From the IMG/VR virus record IMGVR_UViG_3300030520_000004: DNA of 59,328 bases, one strand, 5' to 3'. Positions 37,008 through 46,365 of this stretch are shown here, one piece after another; within the stretch, counting starts at the first letter, position 1, and every line of letters starts with the position of its first letter. The notes beneath the pieces are model-generated. The model did no database searches. It saw only the letters and a list, made by a program, of their open reading frames with translations, and had not been told where the DNA came from. The translations under genes and the position numbers were made by a program. Origin of the DNA: an uncultured virus (IMG/VR IMGVR_UViG_3300030520_000004). Its lineage: Duplodnaviria > Heunggongvirae > Uroviricota > Caudoviricetes.

Positions 37008-37321
37008 CGGACACCGCCCCGAACCGAGACCGTGCGCCCCATCGACGCACCCATCTCCGTCAGCCAGCGAGGGCAGCCCGTGAACGGTGGCACGTCTTCC
37101 AACTTGCCGCCGAGGACGATCAGGCCCATCACCTCGGCCTCGTCCACCGTGGCCCGCTTGAACGTCCGCAGGTACTCCATGCGGGCAGTCAGCGACGGCA
37201 CGATCAGCGCGCAGTTGTCGTGCGTGCGGACCAGCCAGCACGGCGAATGCATGCCCTGCCGGAACGCGATCAGCCTGGTGAGGTTGCGGACCGGGCGGCG
37301 GTAGATGGTGAGGTCGCTCAC
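37004..37321 (-). CDS. Hypothetical phage protein
   Basis: Coupled chain. Confidence 0.5.
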   Translation of the reverse strand: MSDLTIYRRPVRNLTRLIAFRQGMHSPCWLVRTHDNCALIVPSLTARMEYLRTFKRATVDEAEVMGLIVLGGKLEDVPPFTGCPRWLTEMGASMGRTVSVRGGVR

Positions 37322-37779
37322 GCCGTCACCTCAACCTGCGCGGTGCGCCACTCGACCTGCGCCGCCTCGCAGCACACCGGCAGACCAGGACCGTCGCCGG
37401 ACTCCAAAAACTCGACGTAGTCGGGGTAATCGGGGGCGCCCTCGGCCGGGACTACCTCCCAGATCGAGTAGCAGAACGAGCAGGTGATCGTCTCGTCGAA
37501 GACGACCTGCGCCTTGATCTGTGACCCGAACTGCTCGCGGAGCAGCCGGACGATCTCCTCGCAGCGCCACCGGTAGTCACCGTCGACGTCCTTCGACGCC
37601 ATGCTGTCCGACATGAACACGTAGCCCAGGTCACCCAAGCGGCGCGGGTCGATCGCGCCAGCGGTGACCGTCACCAGGTCGGCGACAGCGGCGAACGAGC
37701 CACCGCCGTTGGGCAGGTCACTCACGCCGAAGGAGCCCTTGAACTCCACGCGGAAGTTGCTGCGGTCGGTGACCTTCAT
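37318..37779 (-). CDS. Hypothetical phage protein
   Basis: CSFC...W E...PVCCEAAQ.EW. Confidence 0.55.
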   Translation of the reverse strand: MKVTDRSNFRVEFKGSFGVSDLPNGGGSFAAVADLVTVTAGAIDPRRLGDLGYVFMSDSMASKDVDGDYRWRCEEIVRLLREQFGSQIKAQVVFDETITCSFCYSIWEVVPAEGAPDYPDYVEFLESGDGPGLPVCCEAAQVEWRTAQVEVTA

Positions 37780-38117
37780 GCGTCAACCTCGATCTCGTAC
37801 TCGTCGGCCGCGTCGTGCTCCAGGAAGGCGCACCGCGACGAGCAGCAGCCTCGGAACACCTGCGGCAGGCAGGCGGTGTTGCAGTACAGGCACGTCCAGC
37901 CGACCGCCAGCTCGGCAGCGGCAGCCATCTCGTCCGACCAGCGGAACCACTGGCCGTCCACGTCAGCCGCATGCAGCGGGTCGCGGACCTCGTCGTGATC
38001 CACCGCGCACCGCAGCCGACCCAGAGCCAGCGGGTGGCCGACGTACGAGGAACGACAGACAACCGGCTCCGGGTCGGTCGCGAACGCCCACGGCGAGGGC
38101 GGCAGGGTCGTCGTCAC
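37776..38117 (-). CDS. Cys-rich hypothetical protein
   Basis: Coupled chain. Confidence 0.5.
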   Translation of the reverse strand: MTTTLPPSPWAFATDPEPVVCRSSYVGHPLALGRLRCAVDHDEVRDPLHAADVDGQWFRWSDEMAAAAELAVGWTCLYCNTACLPQVFRGCCSSRCAFLEHDAADEYEIEVDA

Positions 38118-38356
38118 CGGGTCACCGCCGACAGGCCCGGCGTCGGGCACACCTCAAGGCGCAGCCGCAGCGACGCAGCCAGGTCTGCGTTCCCGTGCAG
38201 GCGGGCCAGCAGCAACTCGGCCCGCGCCGCCAACTTGGCGTCATCACCAACCGCGTGATTGATCGCCCGGCAGTGGCAGACCGGGCCCATGCGGACCGGC
38301 AGCGGGGGAGCCGGCGGGCAGTGGGGGCGACGGGGGAGGTGCAGGGCGAGGCTCAT
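38114..38356 (-). CDS. Hypothetical protein
   Basis: Coupled chain. Confidence 0.45.
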   Translation of the reverse strand: MSLALHLPRRPHCPPAPPLPVRMGPVCHCRAINHAVGDDAKLAARAELLLARLHGNADLAASLRLRLEVCPTPGLSAVTR

Positions 38357-38757
38357 GACGCCACCGGCATCGGAGCAGCAGAGCGAACAGTCACCCGGAA
38401 CGTGCAGCCGAACGCACTACCCCGCAGCTCCGACCTCACCCGGCGAGGCTCACCCGGCACCGGCGGCAGCAGCTCCTGGCGCAGCAGACCACCCAGCATC
38501 ACCTGGTAGTCCACGATCGAATCGCCCGGGTGCAGGTGCACATCCACGTCGACCTCGGGCGTCAGGAACTTGTAGCCCTTCGCGAGCCCGATCCGCTCAT
38601 GGACCGTGATCTCGGCAGGCAGGGTCGGGGCGTTCGCGATGATGTGCTCCTGGAGCGCGGACGCGGCGATCATCTGGTCCCTCGCGTCCGACCAGCGCGG
38701 GGCGCGGTCCGGGACGGGGACGGGGGCATCGGCGGGGGAGTCGTGCATGATGGACAC
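38353..38757 (-). CDS. Hypothetical protein
   Basis: GAGGGA RBS; stop overlaps the next ATG. Confidence 0.5.
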   Translation of the reverse strand: MSIMHDSPADAPVPVPDRAPRWSDARDQMIAASALQEHIIANAPTLPAEITVHERIGLAKGYKFLTPEVDVDVHLHPGDSIVDYQVMLGGLLRQELLPPVPGEPRRVRSELRGSAFGCTFRVTVRSAAPMPVAS

Positions 38758-38861
38758 GGGCGTCCATCCCCTCTCTTCGTCGGTTGTGCGGGTGGATGTC
38801 CTGGGCCGTCGGCACTGCGGGTCGTATCCGCAGGAATGCCGGGGGCCCGTTTTGGGTGGAG

Positions 38862-39110
38862 TCAGGCGGCGGTGGCGATGTCGTCGCGCCGGTACGCCTG
38901 CTGCGGGTTCCAGGGCGGCACGGGGATGCCCAGGTGCTTGGCGATGGCGTCGACGCTGTACCGCAGGGTCCGACGCGGTGAGCCGTCGGGTGCGAGGTCG
39001 ATCGCCGGGAAGCTCGGGTCGGCGACGTGGCTCTTGACCCATTCGGGGCCGACCTGAAGCCAGATCATGAGCTCGGCGCTGGTGATGAGCGGCCGGGGGA
39101 GGTGTTCCAT
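38862..39110 (-). CDS. Putative excisionase (MerR-like wHTH)
   Basis: LITSAEL..WLQV...WV......FP.I.......LRY; second gene of the early operon. Confidence 0.55.
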   Translation of the reverse strand: MEHLPRPLITSAELMIWLQVGPEWVKSHVADPSFPAIDLAPDGSPRRTLRYSVDAIAKHLGIPVPPWNPQQAYRRDDIATAA

Positions 39111-39175
39111 CGCGAGTGTCCTTTGAAAGTGGAGGATCTTCCCGTGAATGTGGAAACTGTAGGCACGAAAAGAGC

Positions 39176-39475
39176 TCAGGGGGAGGTCTGGGACTGGAAG
39201 AGTTCGCCGATCGGCCGGGCCAGGGCCTCGGCGATGAGTCCGGCGGCACGGTCCAGACAACCGGGGCGGGCGGATCGACCAGTGGCGACGAGGTGTCCGA
39301 TGGTGGACTTTTTGACGCCGTAGCCGGTCGGGTCGACCAGTTTGGTGCGGGACGCCAGTTCGGTAATGGAGAGACCGGCCGACGCCATCGCGTCGCGGAG
39401 TGGCTGGCCGTCGTCCAATCGCTGCATGAGAGTCCTTGGAATGGCTGAGATGGGCTGTTTGAGCCGGATGTGAAC
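39176..39475 (-). CDS. Cro-like HTH regulator (start uncertain)
   Basis: LRDAM...GLSITELA...STIGHLV...AGLIAEAL...ELF; divergent from the repressor. Confidence 0.7.
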   Translation of the reverse strand, partial: VHIRLKQPISAIPRTLMQRLDDGQPLRDAMASAGLSITELASRTKLVDPTGYGVKKSTIGHLVATGRSARPGCLDRAAGLIAEALARPIGELFQSQTSP

Positions 39476-39658
39476 ACCGACCTTCGCTGTCTTTCTACAT
39501 TCCACTCTCATTGTGGAAGCGTGTCAAGGTGTGTGGCGGTGTATTTGTGCAGGCCAACGTATTCGCAGGTCAGGGGCCTGACGTCGTGCGCATGCCAATG
39601 TGGATGGCATCTTCGGCCATGCGTCCACATTCCCTTGTAGCCATGTGGACGATCGGGG

Positions 39659-40018
39659 ATGCTGTCCGATGTGGATGACCTAGCGGCGCTGATCCAGCGC
39701 GTGATGGACGAGAACGACTGGACGATCAGCACGATCGCCCGGCGCTCGAACCTGCCCACGTCCACTGTGCACGCCTGGAAGACCGGCGTCCGAGCCACGG
39801 GGAGTCGTGGGCCCGCGCCCAAGAACCTCCGCAAGCTCGCCAAGGGCATGAACGTCACCGTCGCCGAGGTCTTCGAGGCCGTCGGCCGGCGCGTGCCCGG
39901 GGAGATGTCGCCAGACGACAAAGATCGCTTCATGCACGTGATCGAAGCCCTGAGCGAGGGCGATCGGCAGGTGGTTCTGAGCACTGCCGAGGCGCTGCTT
40001 CAGCGCGACCGGAACTGA
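39659..40018 (+). CDS. Immunity repressor (XRE HTH)
   Basis: WTISTIARRSNLPTSTVHAW...P...LRKLAKG...EVFEA; upstream of the integrase and divergent from cro. Confidence 0.8.
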   Translation: MLSDVDDLAALIQRVMDENDWTISTIARRSNLPTSTVHAWKTGVRATGSRGPAPKNLRKLAKGMNVTVAEVFEAVGRRVPGEMSPDDKDRFMHVIEALSEGDRQVVLSTAEALLQRDRN

Positions 40019-40196
40019 CGCTTCGTCACCGCATAAACGTACGAGGCCATTCCGTACAACCTTCCGGCGTTACCGTTTTGAAACTTGAATCCTTTACCGC
40101 ACCTCCACGCTCACGAGCGGACAGGTATACGGTCAACTTCCACCGCTGATCCTCCACCTGCGGCCCCTATCGTTCTGCCTGCCCAGGGGGGTCAGT

Positions 40197-40457
40197 ATGT
40201 GTGTCACCATCACCGTCGGCGATGTCGATCCGCGATCGCCGATCTGGGACCGCCCCCGAGTCACCATCCGCGTCTCCCGCCTGCTGACACTGCCGCAGGC
40301 GCTGCGGCAGGTCCGGGCCATGCTGATGTACCTCGGGGCCCCCAAAGACGACCAGGGCGTCACCTGCTGGTGCGGAGAGCCCGTTGAAATCCCGATCATG
40401 CACGGGGGCGGGAGCGACGCCGCAGCACAGTACGCCATTGTTCTCCACGGGAGATGA
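40197..40457 (+). CDS. Small protein between repressor and integrase
   Basis: MCVTI...CWCGEPV; GGGGG RBS; position where ImmA-like proteins often sit, but no HExxH. Confidence 0.55.
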   Translation: MCVTITVGDVDPRSPIWDRPRVTIRVSRLLTLPQALRQVRAMLMYLGAPKDDQGVTCWCGEPVEIPIMHGGGSDAAAQYAIVLHGR

Positions 40458-40460
40458 CCC

Positions 40461-41720
40461 ATGGCACCTAGGGTGACCAACAACCCGCGGCAGATCCGAG
40501 CCAAGGGCTGCAACTGTCCGCTGTGCACCGCCAAGTACCGGCCCGACCAGAAGTCCACCAGGAAGGACTGCATCGGCCCCTGGCAGGCCCGCTACCGCAA
40601 CGCGGCCGGCGAACCCAAGGCCAAGAACTACCCCGTCGACAAGGGGGGCAAGAGGGCCGCAGAGGCATTCCTTGACAAGGTCCGCAGTGAAGTCCGAGAC
40701 CGCACGCACATCGATGCCGGGCGCAGCGGCATCACCCTGCGAGACTGGTACGAGAAGTGGCTCAAGGCGCAAGGCGGCGCGGAGACCAGCAAGCAGAGGG
40801 ACGGCACGTCGTGGAAGGTCCACGTTGAGCCGGAGTTCGCAGGCTGGAAAGTCGCCGAGATCGGCCACATGGATGTCGCGACGTGGGTGGCCCGCAAGGG
40901 TGTCGGCGTACACGCAGTGATCAAGTCATTCCAGCTCCTGGACCGACTAATGGGCGCGGCCCTGCGTGACCGTCGCATTCCGTTCAACCCCTGTGACGGC
41001 ATCAAGCTCCCCAAGCAGCGAGCGAAGCATCCGGACGACCTGCGGCCACCCACCTACGCGCAGTTGGCCCTGGTGCGGACGTTCCTCCCGCTCCACTACC
41101 ACCCGCTGATGATCGTGGAGGAGGAGTCGGGGCTGCGCTGGGGTGAGCTGGTCGACCTGCGACTGTCCGCAGTCGACTTCGCAGGGGGCACGATCGCGGT
41201 TCGCGAAGTCATTGTGGAGCTAGACGGAGGCCAGATGAAGCGCAAGGAGCAACCGAAGTCGTCTGCCGGATTCCGCACGATTCCACTCACGGGCAAGGCC
41301 GCGGATTCCCTTCGGGAGCAGATGCGGCTGCGGCAGCCGGTGGTTACGCGCACGAATCCGGGCGACGGAATGCACAAGGATGAGTTGATCTTCAGGGGGC
41401 CGCTCGGGGGCATCCTGTCGCGGAACAACTTCCGGCGCCTGTGGATCCCTGCCATCAAGAGCGCTGGGATAGCACGGATCGTCAAGAACCGGGAGACGGG
41501 ACGCAATGAGTGGTGGCCGCACGTTCATGACATCCGGCACGCGTTCGCGTCGCGGCTGCACGATGAGGGCGTCCCGGAGGCAACGGTTCAGTACATCATG
41601 GGACACGAGAGAGGGGGGCGGGTGACATGGCTGTACGAGCACGCGCCGGCCGAGGCGGTGGAGAAGGTGCGTCAGGTGCTGGATCCCGGCCCGCGCCTGC
41701 GCGTGGTGGGTTCGAACTGA
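40461..41720 (+). CDS. int: Tyrosine integrase
   Basis: WQARYR arm-binding region; catalytic GLRWGE (R), PKS (K), HDIRH, MGH, WLYEH (Y). Confidence 0.95.
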   Translation: MAPRVTNNPRQIRAKGCNCPLCTAKYRPDQKSTRKDCIGPWQARYRNAAGEPKAKNYPVDKGGKRAAEAFLDKVRSEVRDRTHIDAGRSGITLRDWYEKWLKAQGGAETSKQRDGTSWKVHVEPEFAGWKVAEIGHMDVATWVARKGVGVHAVIKSFQLLDRLMGAALRDRRIPFNPCDGIKLPKQRAKHPDDLRPPTYAQLALVRTFLPLHYHPLMIVEEESGLRWGELVDLRLSAVDFAGGTIAVREVIVELDGGQMKRKEQPKSSAGFRTIPLTGKAADSLREQMRLRQPVVTRTNPGDGMHKDELIFRGPLGGILSRNNFRRLWIPAIKSAGIARIVKNRETGRNEWWPHVHDIRHAFASRLHDEGVPEATVQYIMGHERGGRVTWLYEHAPAEAVEKVRQVLDPGPRLRVVGSN

Positions 41721-41727
41721 GCCCGAA

Positions 41728-42017
41728 GGAGTCCACATGGAGTCCACGCGGCCACACACCTCCACCCCGACTCGTGTCCAGTTTGACGGACGAGAAGATC
41801 GCAGATCAGGGGCCAGTTCTGCGGCCATACACCTTGATACCCCTTCAGGCACCTCTACCCTTTGTCCCATTTTGGCTCGGACGGCAAGCCTTACAAAGCA
41901 GATGTCGCTGGTTCGAACCCAGCTGTGCCCACATGTAGCTTGACCAGCATGGCAGCCCCCGCAGAGATCGAACAGCGGGGGCTGTCCTGCACTCCGGAGT
42001 CCACATAGAGTCCACAT
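41728..42017. mobile_element. attP: 3' half of tRNA-Val(TAC) flanked by tandem arm-type repeats
   Basis: Core CTTACAAAGCAGATGTCGCTGGTTCGAACCCAGCTGTGCCCA at 41890-41931; (G/A)GAGTCCAC pairs at 41728/41739 and 41996/42007. Confidence 0.85.
41951..41986 (+). terminator. Stem-loop downstream of the tRNA-derived core
   Basis: GGCAGCCCCCGC...GCGGGGGCTGTC. Confidence 0.65.
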
Positions 42018-42233
42018 CCCGGTTTGATCATGGACTTCGCAGGGCGCCGAGATGTCAATATCCGGCGGCCATAACCCACATGGGCGGATTCTCGGAAGAT
42101 CACTTCCATGGAGTGCTCTCCGCGCGTAGCCTCGCTCAGATCGGGGAGGACGCGCCTGTAGTGCGCCTCCTAGTGCGCCCCCATCGAAGGCTGATGGGGA
42201 CCGAGTGGAGGCTCCGCGTCTCCATCAGAGCGA

Positions 42234-42264
42234 AGGCCCCCACCGGCAATGACGGTGGGGGCCT
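42234..42264. terminator. GC-rich stem-loop
   Basis: AGGCCCCCACCG-N7-CGGTGGGGGCCT. Confidence 0.6.
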
Positions 42265-42619
42265 CGTGCTGTAGACAGTAGACCGCCCCGACCCGTACAT
42301 GACGGATCGGGGCGGGACGCACGCCAGTTGCCCGGCGGCATCTGACGACTGGCGCGCGAGTGCGCACGCAACACCAGCCGCATCGGCGCCGCCCGCCGTA
42401 CCCCTCCACAGGATGGGGCGGGCGGCTGCTCATGGACGCCGTAGGAACGGCGTTTGCTTGGAGAGGGAGCGCTCCCGGGTGGTGCAAGGCCAGGCGAGCT
42501 GGGCAAGAATGGCCAAATCGGACGCCTGTGCGATTCTCATGCGCGCGAACTTATCGGTGGCCCGAGCAACTATCAAGGCCTCCTGCATGCTGCTCCCCGT
42601 CACTCTCGCGACCGTATTT

Positions 42620-42636
42620 GTACCACCGGGTGGTAC
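42620..42636. promoter_or_regulatory. Palindromic operator upstream of the XRE gene
   Basis: GTACCACC-G-GGTGGTAC. Confidence 0.55.
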
Positions 42637-42670
42637 GGACATTTGATCTTGTAGGTTCGACCGTGGTGTC

Positions 42671-42925
42671 ATGCCAGACGCCGACCCCGCCGAACCCTGG
42701 GTCATACGCACCCGCGAGCAGATCGGCGACCGGATCCGTAGCCTTCGCCGTAGCTCCCGCATCACGCAAGACGAGCTCTGCGAGGCCGTCGGCGTCGACC
42801 GCAAAACCATCTCCCGCTGGGAGAACGGGCGCCACCCCATGGACGTGGACGATGCTGCCCGAGTAGCCCGCGCCCTTGCCGTCCCGCTGGCATGGCTGTT
42901 CGGCGACGACTGGACGCGTTCCTGA
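42671..42925 (+). CDS. XRE-family HTH regulator
   Basis: IGDRIRSLR....TQDEL...VGVDRKTISRWENG. Confidence 0.9.
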   Translation: MPDADPAEPWVIRTREQIGDRIRSLRRSSRITQDELCEAVGVDRKTISRWENGRHPMDVDDAARVARALAVPLAWLFGDDWTRS

Positions 42926-43030
42926 GTAGCGAGGGGTTCCCTTCCCTCACTCCAACCCCTTAATCGCCCCCTGCTGACATTCTGTCGCACAGCGCACGCC
43001 CCCGGCGCGCACATCCCATCCGCACGCCTC

Positions 43031-43414
43031 TCACTCCCGCTCATGCTGCCCCTGCGCGATGGCCAGCCCGTCGGCAACCTTTCGCAGCCGGTCCGCGTAG
43101 CCGCTGAGCATGTCGGCGAGCGCGGTCACATCGGCGGCCCGCATCAGCCGCCCCGTCGCCTCCAAGTGCGCCAGCACGAACGGCGCGCGGGTCTCCGGGG
43201 GCCCGGCGTACGGGTACTGCAAGGTCACGGCCGCGAAGTCGACGCTGAGCCCCGGCGGCCCCGAGATGACCGTGATCTTCGGTGACCGGTGGCACCAGAG
43301 CACTGACCCCGCCGCGTCCTGGGTGTGGTCCGAGACGCACCACGATGGGCACGGCCCGGAATCCTGGGCGGTGTCCGTGCCGGTCACAGCGTGTCCGTCC
43401 GCAAGGGGCGTCAT
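43031..43414 (-). CDS. DUF6907-like protein
   Basis: CPSWCVSDH...CHRS...LADML..YADRLR. Confidence 0.6.
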   Translation of the reverse strand: MTPLADGHAVTGTDTAQDSGPCPSWCVSDHTQDAAGSVLWCHRSPKITVISGPPGLSVDFAAVTLQYPYAGPPETRAPFVLAHLEATGRLMRAADVTALADMLSGYADRLRKVADGLAIAQGQHERE

Positions 43415-43782
43415 GCCCGCGCCTCGTGGTGCGTCGTGCCCGTGGTCTCGCCGTGCCGGTCGGGGAAGGACAGCAGTACCGTCGCCTGGTACTGCCACGT
43501 CCCCTCCGTGGGGCCGTCTGTGCGCGCCCAGGCGATCGAGTGAAGCTCCATCAGCGGCGCCTGCTGCACGATCGCCGTGACGGCCTGGAGCGCCTCCAAC
43601 TGACTCCGGCCGGTGCACACGACCGTGGTCTGCAAGGTGGCCGCGATGTCATGCAGGGCGCCCAACTGCTGCACGGCGCGCCACGCCTGCTGGAGGTCGC
43701 CGACGGCATCGCCCATCTGGCCGGTCACGGCCGCAGGGACCAGGGGTTCGATGCGGACGACGGCGCCATTCCTGTCGCTCAT
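43411..43782 (-). CDS. Hypothetical protein
   Basis: ATGA coupling. Confidence 0.5.
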   Translation of the reverse strand: MSDRNGAVVRIEPLVPAAVTGQMGDAVGDLQQAWRAVQQLGALHDIAATLQTTVVCTGRSQLEALQAVTAIVQQAPLMELHSIAWARTDGPTEGTWQYQATVLLSFPDRHGETTGTTHHEARA

Positions 43783-43964
43783 CGGGCAACTCCGGTCGGC
43801 TCGGCGGGGCCGGTCATCAGTTCGGTGAGGAAGTCTCCCCAGCACGGGTCGTGTCGTATCCCGACGAGCTTGCTGGCGGGGTCGCCGGGCGTGACGCGGG
43901 CGACGGGGCTGCCTGCGGGCCGGTGGCAGTAGTCGCAGTGCTCGGGCCGGCGGGGTGCGGTCAC
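43779..43964 (-). CDS. Small Cys/His protein
   Basis: CDYC...HDPC; GGAGG RBS. Confidence 0.5.
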   Translation of the reverse strand: MTAPRRPEHCDYCHRPAGSPVARVTPGDPASKLVGIRHDPCWGDFLTELMTGPAEPTGVAR

Positions 43965-44389
43965 AGCGAGGCCTCCAGCGTGAGGTGGTCGGCGAGCTGT
44001 CCGGGCGACATGAGAACGTCCGGCTCTGGCAGATGCAGCCACACCAGAGAGGGGTGGGAGCGCGCGGGGTTGGGGAGGGTGAGCCACGTGCCCGGGGTGA
44101 GGAGCCGGCTGCCCGCCGGGTAGTCGCTGCTGGCGCCGAGGGTGACGAGCCAGTACACGATATCCAGGCTGGTGTCGCACAGCACGGGCCCCAGTTGCTC
44201 CTGGCTGTGTAGCCGTAGGCGGTCGACAATGGGCCGGGCGATGTGTTCTGGGGTGCGGATTGCGTCCCAGCGGCGGCCGCAGGGGACGATCTGGCTACGG
44301 CAGTCGGGGGCGCAGGGTGTTCCGGTGGGCAGTAGCCATGCCCAGGTGGGGTTGTGGCCTAAGGCTGCGGGTGGCGCGGATTCGGGCAT
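43961..44389 (-). CDS. Streptomycete hypothetical protein often found beside XRE/DUF397 pairs
   Basis: GRRWDAIRTP...GPVLCD....YWLV..G....G.WL..P. Confidence 0.65.
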   Translation of the reverse strand: MPESAPPAALGHNPTWAWLLPTGTPCAPDCRSQIVPCGRRWDAIRTPEHIARPIVDRLRLHSQEQLGPVLCDTSLDIVYWLVTLGASSDYPAGSRLLTPGTWLTLPNPARSHPSLVWLHLPEPDVLMSPGQLADHLTLEASL

Positions 44390-44587
44390 GAGGGTCTCCC
44401 GGGCACGACGATATGATCACTCGCCGTGTCGGTGACGTGCACCGATGGTGAGCGTGGAACAACATTCCCGCATGTGCGCCGAATCCACAACACTATGAGA
44501 ATCGCAAATTTGCATTGTCGCGACACTGGCATAGTCCACACGCCAGCATGCACACTGAGCGCACGTCGCGAGCAGAGGAGAGAGAGC

Positions 44588-45445
44588 ATGGCCTACAAGG
44601 GCACACCGACCATCCGCCGCCGGATCATCGGCTCCCAGCTCAGGCGACTGCGCGAGGACTCCGGCGTCACCGTCGAGGAAGCCGCCGAACGGCTCGGCGT
44701 CAGCACCTTCAGCATCTACCGCCAAGAGGCCGGGACTACCGCGTCCTCCGTCGCCGACGTCCAGGCATACGCCAAGATCTACCAGGTCGAAGACGAAGCT
44801 GTCGTCCAGCGCCTCGTCGGCCTCGCCAAGCACGGCCGCACGCGCGGATGGTGGACCGCCTACGACACCACCGTCGGGCCGTCCGCCGCCGACATCGCAG
44901 ACGCCGAAGACCTGGCCAGCAGCATCAAGACGTGGCAGCCGAACATCATCCCCGGCTTGCTCCAGACCCGCGAATACAGTGCCGCCATCATCGGGACCAG
45001 GCAGGTTCTCAACCCCGGCCCCGTCGACAAGGTGATCGAGCTGCGCGAGCTCCGCAAAGAAGTGCTGCTCCGCCCCGCCAATCCGCCGCAGCTGTGGGCG
45101 ATCATCGGCGAAGGCGCGATCCTCACGGAGATCGGCGGCCGGATGCTGATGAACCAGCAGCTCCAGAACCTGCTCACCCAGTCGCAGCGCCCGAATGTCG
45201 CCATCCAGATCATGCCGTTCAAGGCCGGCGCACACCTGGGCCTGGACGGCGGATTCATGGTCATGGGGTTCGACGCCACGCTTGACGGCGGCATTGCGTA
45301 CATGGAGAACGGCGGCGCGGGCGTGTTCAGCGACGATCCCGCCGAGGTCCGGTCGCATGCCGACCGTTTCAGTCACATGCAGGCCCAGGCTCTCACTACT
45401 GCGGACACACGGACATACTTGCTGTCAGCCATCTCCGCTGCGTGA
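44588..45445 (+). CDS. XRE HTH plus DUF5753 regulator (WhiJ/Scr1-like)
   Basis: PTIRRRIIGSQLRRLRE...GWW..Y...IPGLLQTREY...WAIIGEGA...IQIMPF..GAH. Confidence 0.9.
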   Translation: MAYKGTPTIRRRIIGSQLRRLREDSGVTVEEAAERLGVSTFSIYRQEAGTTASSVADVQAYAKIYQVEDEAVVQRLVGLAKHGRTRGWWTAYDTTVGPSAADIADAEDLASSIKTWQPNIIPGLLQTREYSAAIIGTRQVLNPGPVDKVIELRELRKEVLLRPANPPQLWAIIGEGAILTEIGGRMLMNQQLQNLLTQSQRPNVAIQIMPFKAGAHLGLDGGFMVMGFDATLDGGIAYMENGGAGVFSDDPAEVRSHADRFSHMQAQALTTADTRTYLLSAISAA

Positions 45446-45473
45446 GTTGGCTCGGCACACAGGAAGGCAACTC

Positions 45474-45686
45474 ATGGCACCACATCTCGACCAGGGGGCC
45501 TACGGATGGCGCAAGTCCAGCGCCAGCGGCAGCCAGAATGAGTGCGTCGAGGTCGGGGAGTTCCCGGCAGGCGACGTGGCGGTCCGTGACACCAAGGCGG
45601 CCGGCAGCGGCCCTGTCCTGGCCTTCAGCGCGAGCGAGTGGACGGCGTTCGTGGCTGAGGTGAAGGACGGCCGCTTCGCGGTCTAG
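45474..45686 (+). CDS. DUF397 protein (BldB/Scr2-like)
   Basis: WRKSSASGSQNECVEV...VAVRDTK...GPVL.F...EW.AFV. Confidence 0.9.
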   Translation: MAPHLDQGAYGWRKSSASGSQNECVEVGEFPAGDVAVRDTKAAGSGPVLAFSASEWTAFVAEVKDGRFAV

Positions 45687-45698
45687 TAGCGCAAGTTC

Positions 45699-45731
45699 GT
45701 GGCCCCCGGCGTGAGTGTCGCCGGGGGTCAC
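45699..45731 (+). terminator. Stem-loop after the DUF397 gene
   Basis: GTGGCCCCCGGCG...CGCCGGGGGTCAC. Confidence 0.6.
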
Positions 45732-45829
45732 GTTTGTGTCCTGGGTCCACGCTAGCTGGTGGAGGGCGGCTGGCGGGAGCAACCGGGGCGATGCACGCCG
45801 GCACGTGCCCCGCCTGCGAGAATGATCGG

Positions 45830-46048
45830 ATGAGCGCCTCCCCCGCCGCCCAGGATCCGCAGCACGCGATCGACCGCGCCAACGCGGCGATCCGGGCGTA
45901 CCTGCGGGGCCTGCCCGGGCGGATGCTGGCCACCGAGGAGCAGCGGGCCGAGTACCACCGGCTGGTCGACGCCTACCTCGCGGCCGTCGCCGAGCGGGAC
46001 GGGCGGGCGCGCGAGGCCGAAGAGGAGCCCGAGCCCGTCGCGGCGTGA
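45830..46048 (+). CDS. Small helical hypothetical protein
   Basis: NAAIRAYL...EQRAEYHRLVDAYLAAV. Confidence 0.55.
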   Translation: MSASPAAQDPQHAIDRANAAIRAYLRGLPGRMLATEEQRAEYHRLVDAYLAAVAERDGRAREAEEEPEPVAA

Positions 46049-46335
46049 GGCCGCCGCGACGGCCTTCATCCTGCTGTTCGCTGGTTTCGAGACCACGGTC
46101 AACCCGATCGGGAACGGGATGTCCCGGTGTGAGCAGCAGGACGCCCCGCTGCATTGAGAGCGGCAGGGCCTTGGCGCGTCCTCCGCGCCAAGGAGGCGGC
46201 CGATCCAGGCCGACGAGGCTGGGTTGGAGTGGCCGCCTCGATGCGGTGAGGCAGGTTGACTGTAGCGGCAAGTGCCCTACAGTCGGTGGCAATTCGGCGG
46301 TTCGAGAAAATCTTGACGGAGCTTCAGGGGATCGC

Positions 46336-46365
46336 TTGCTAGCTTCCGAATTCGGAAGCTAGGAT
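46336..46365 (+). promoter_or_regulatory. Housekeeping-sigma promoter with a 24-bp perfect palindromic operator
   Basis: -35 TTGCTA (46336), 18-bp spacer, -10 TAGGAT (46360); CTAGCTTCCGAATTCGGAAGCTAG at 46339-46362. Confidence 0.75.

Noticed and set aside
40197..40457. ImmA-type anti-repressor protease
   Set aside because: The position fits, but there is no HExxH motif
41857..41935. Intact tRNA-Val gene
   Set aside because: No 5' acceptor strand (GGGCAC..), D-arm or 5' anticodon stem; only the 3' half is present, as expected for an att core
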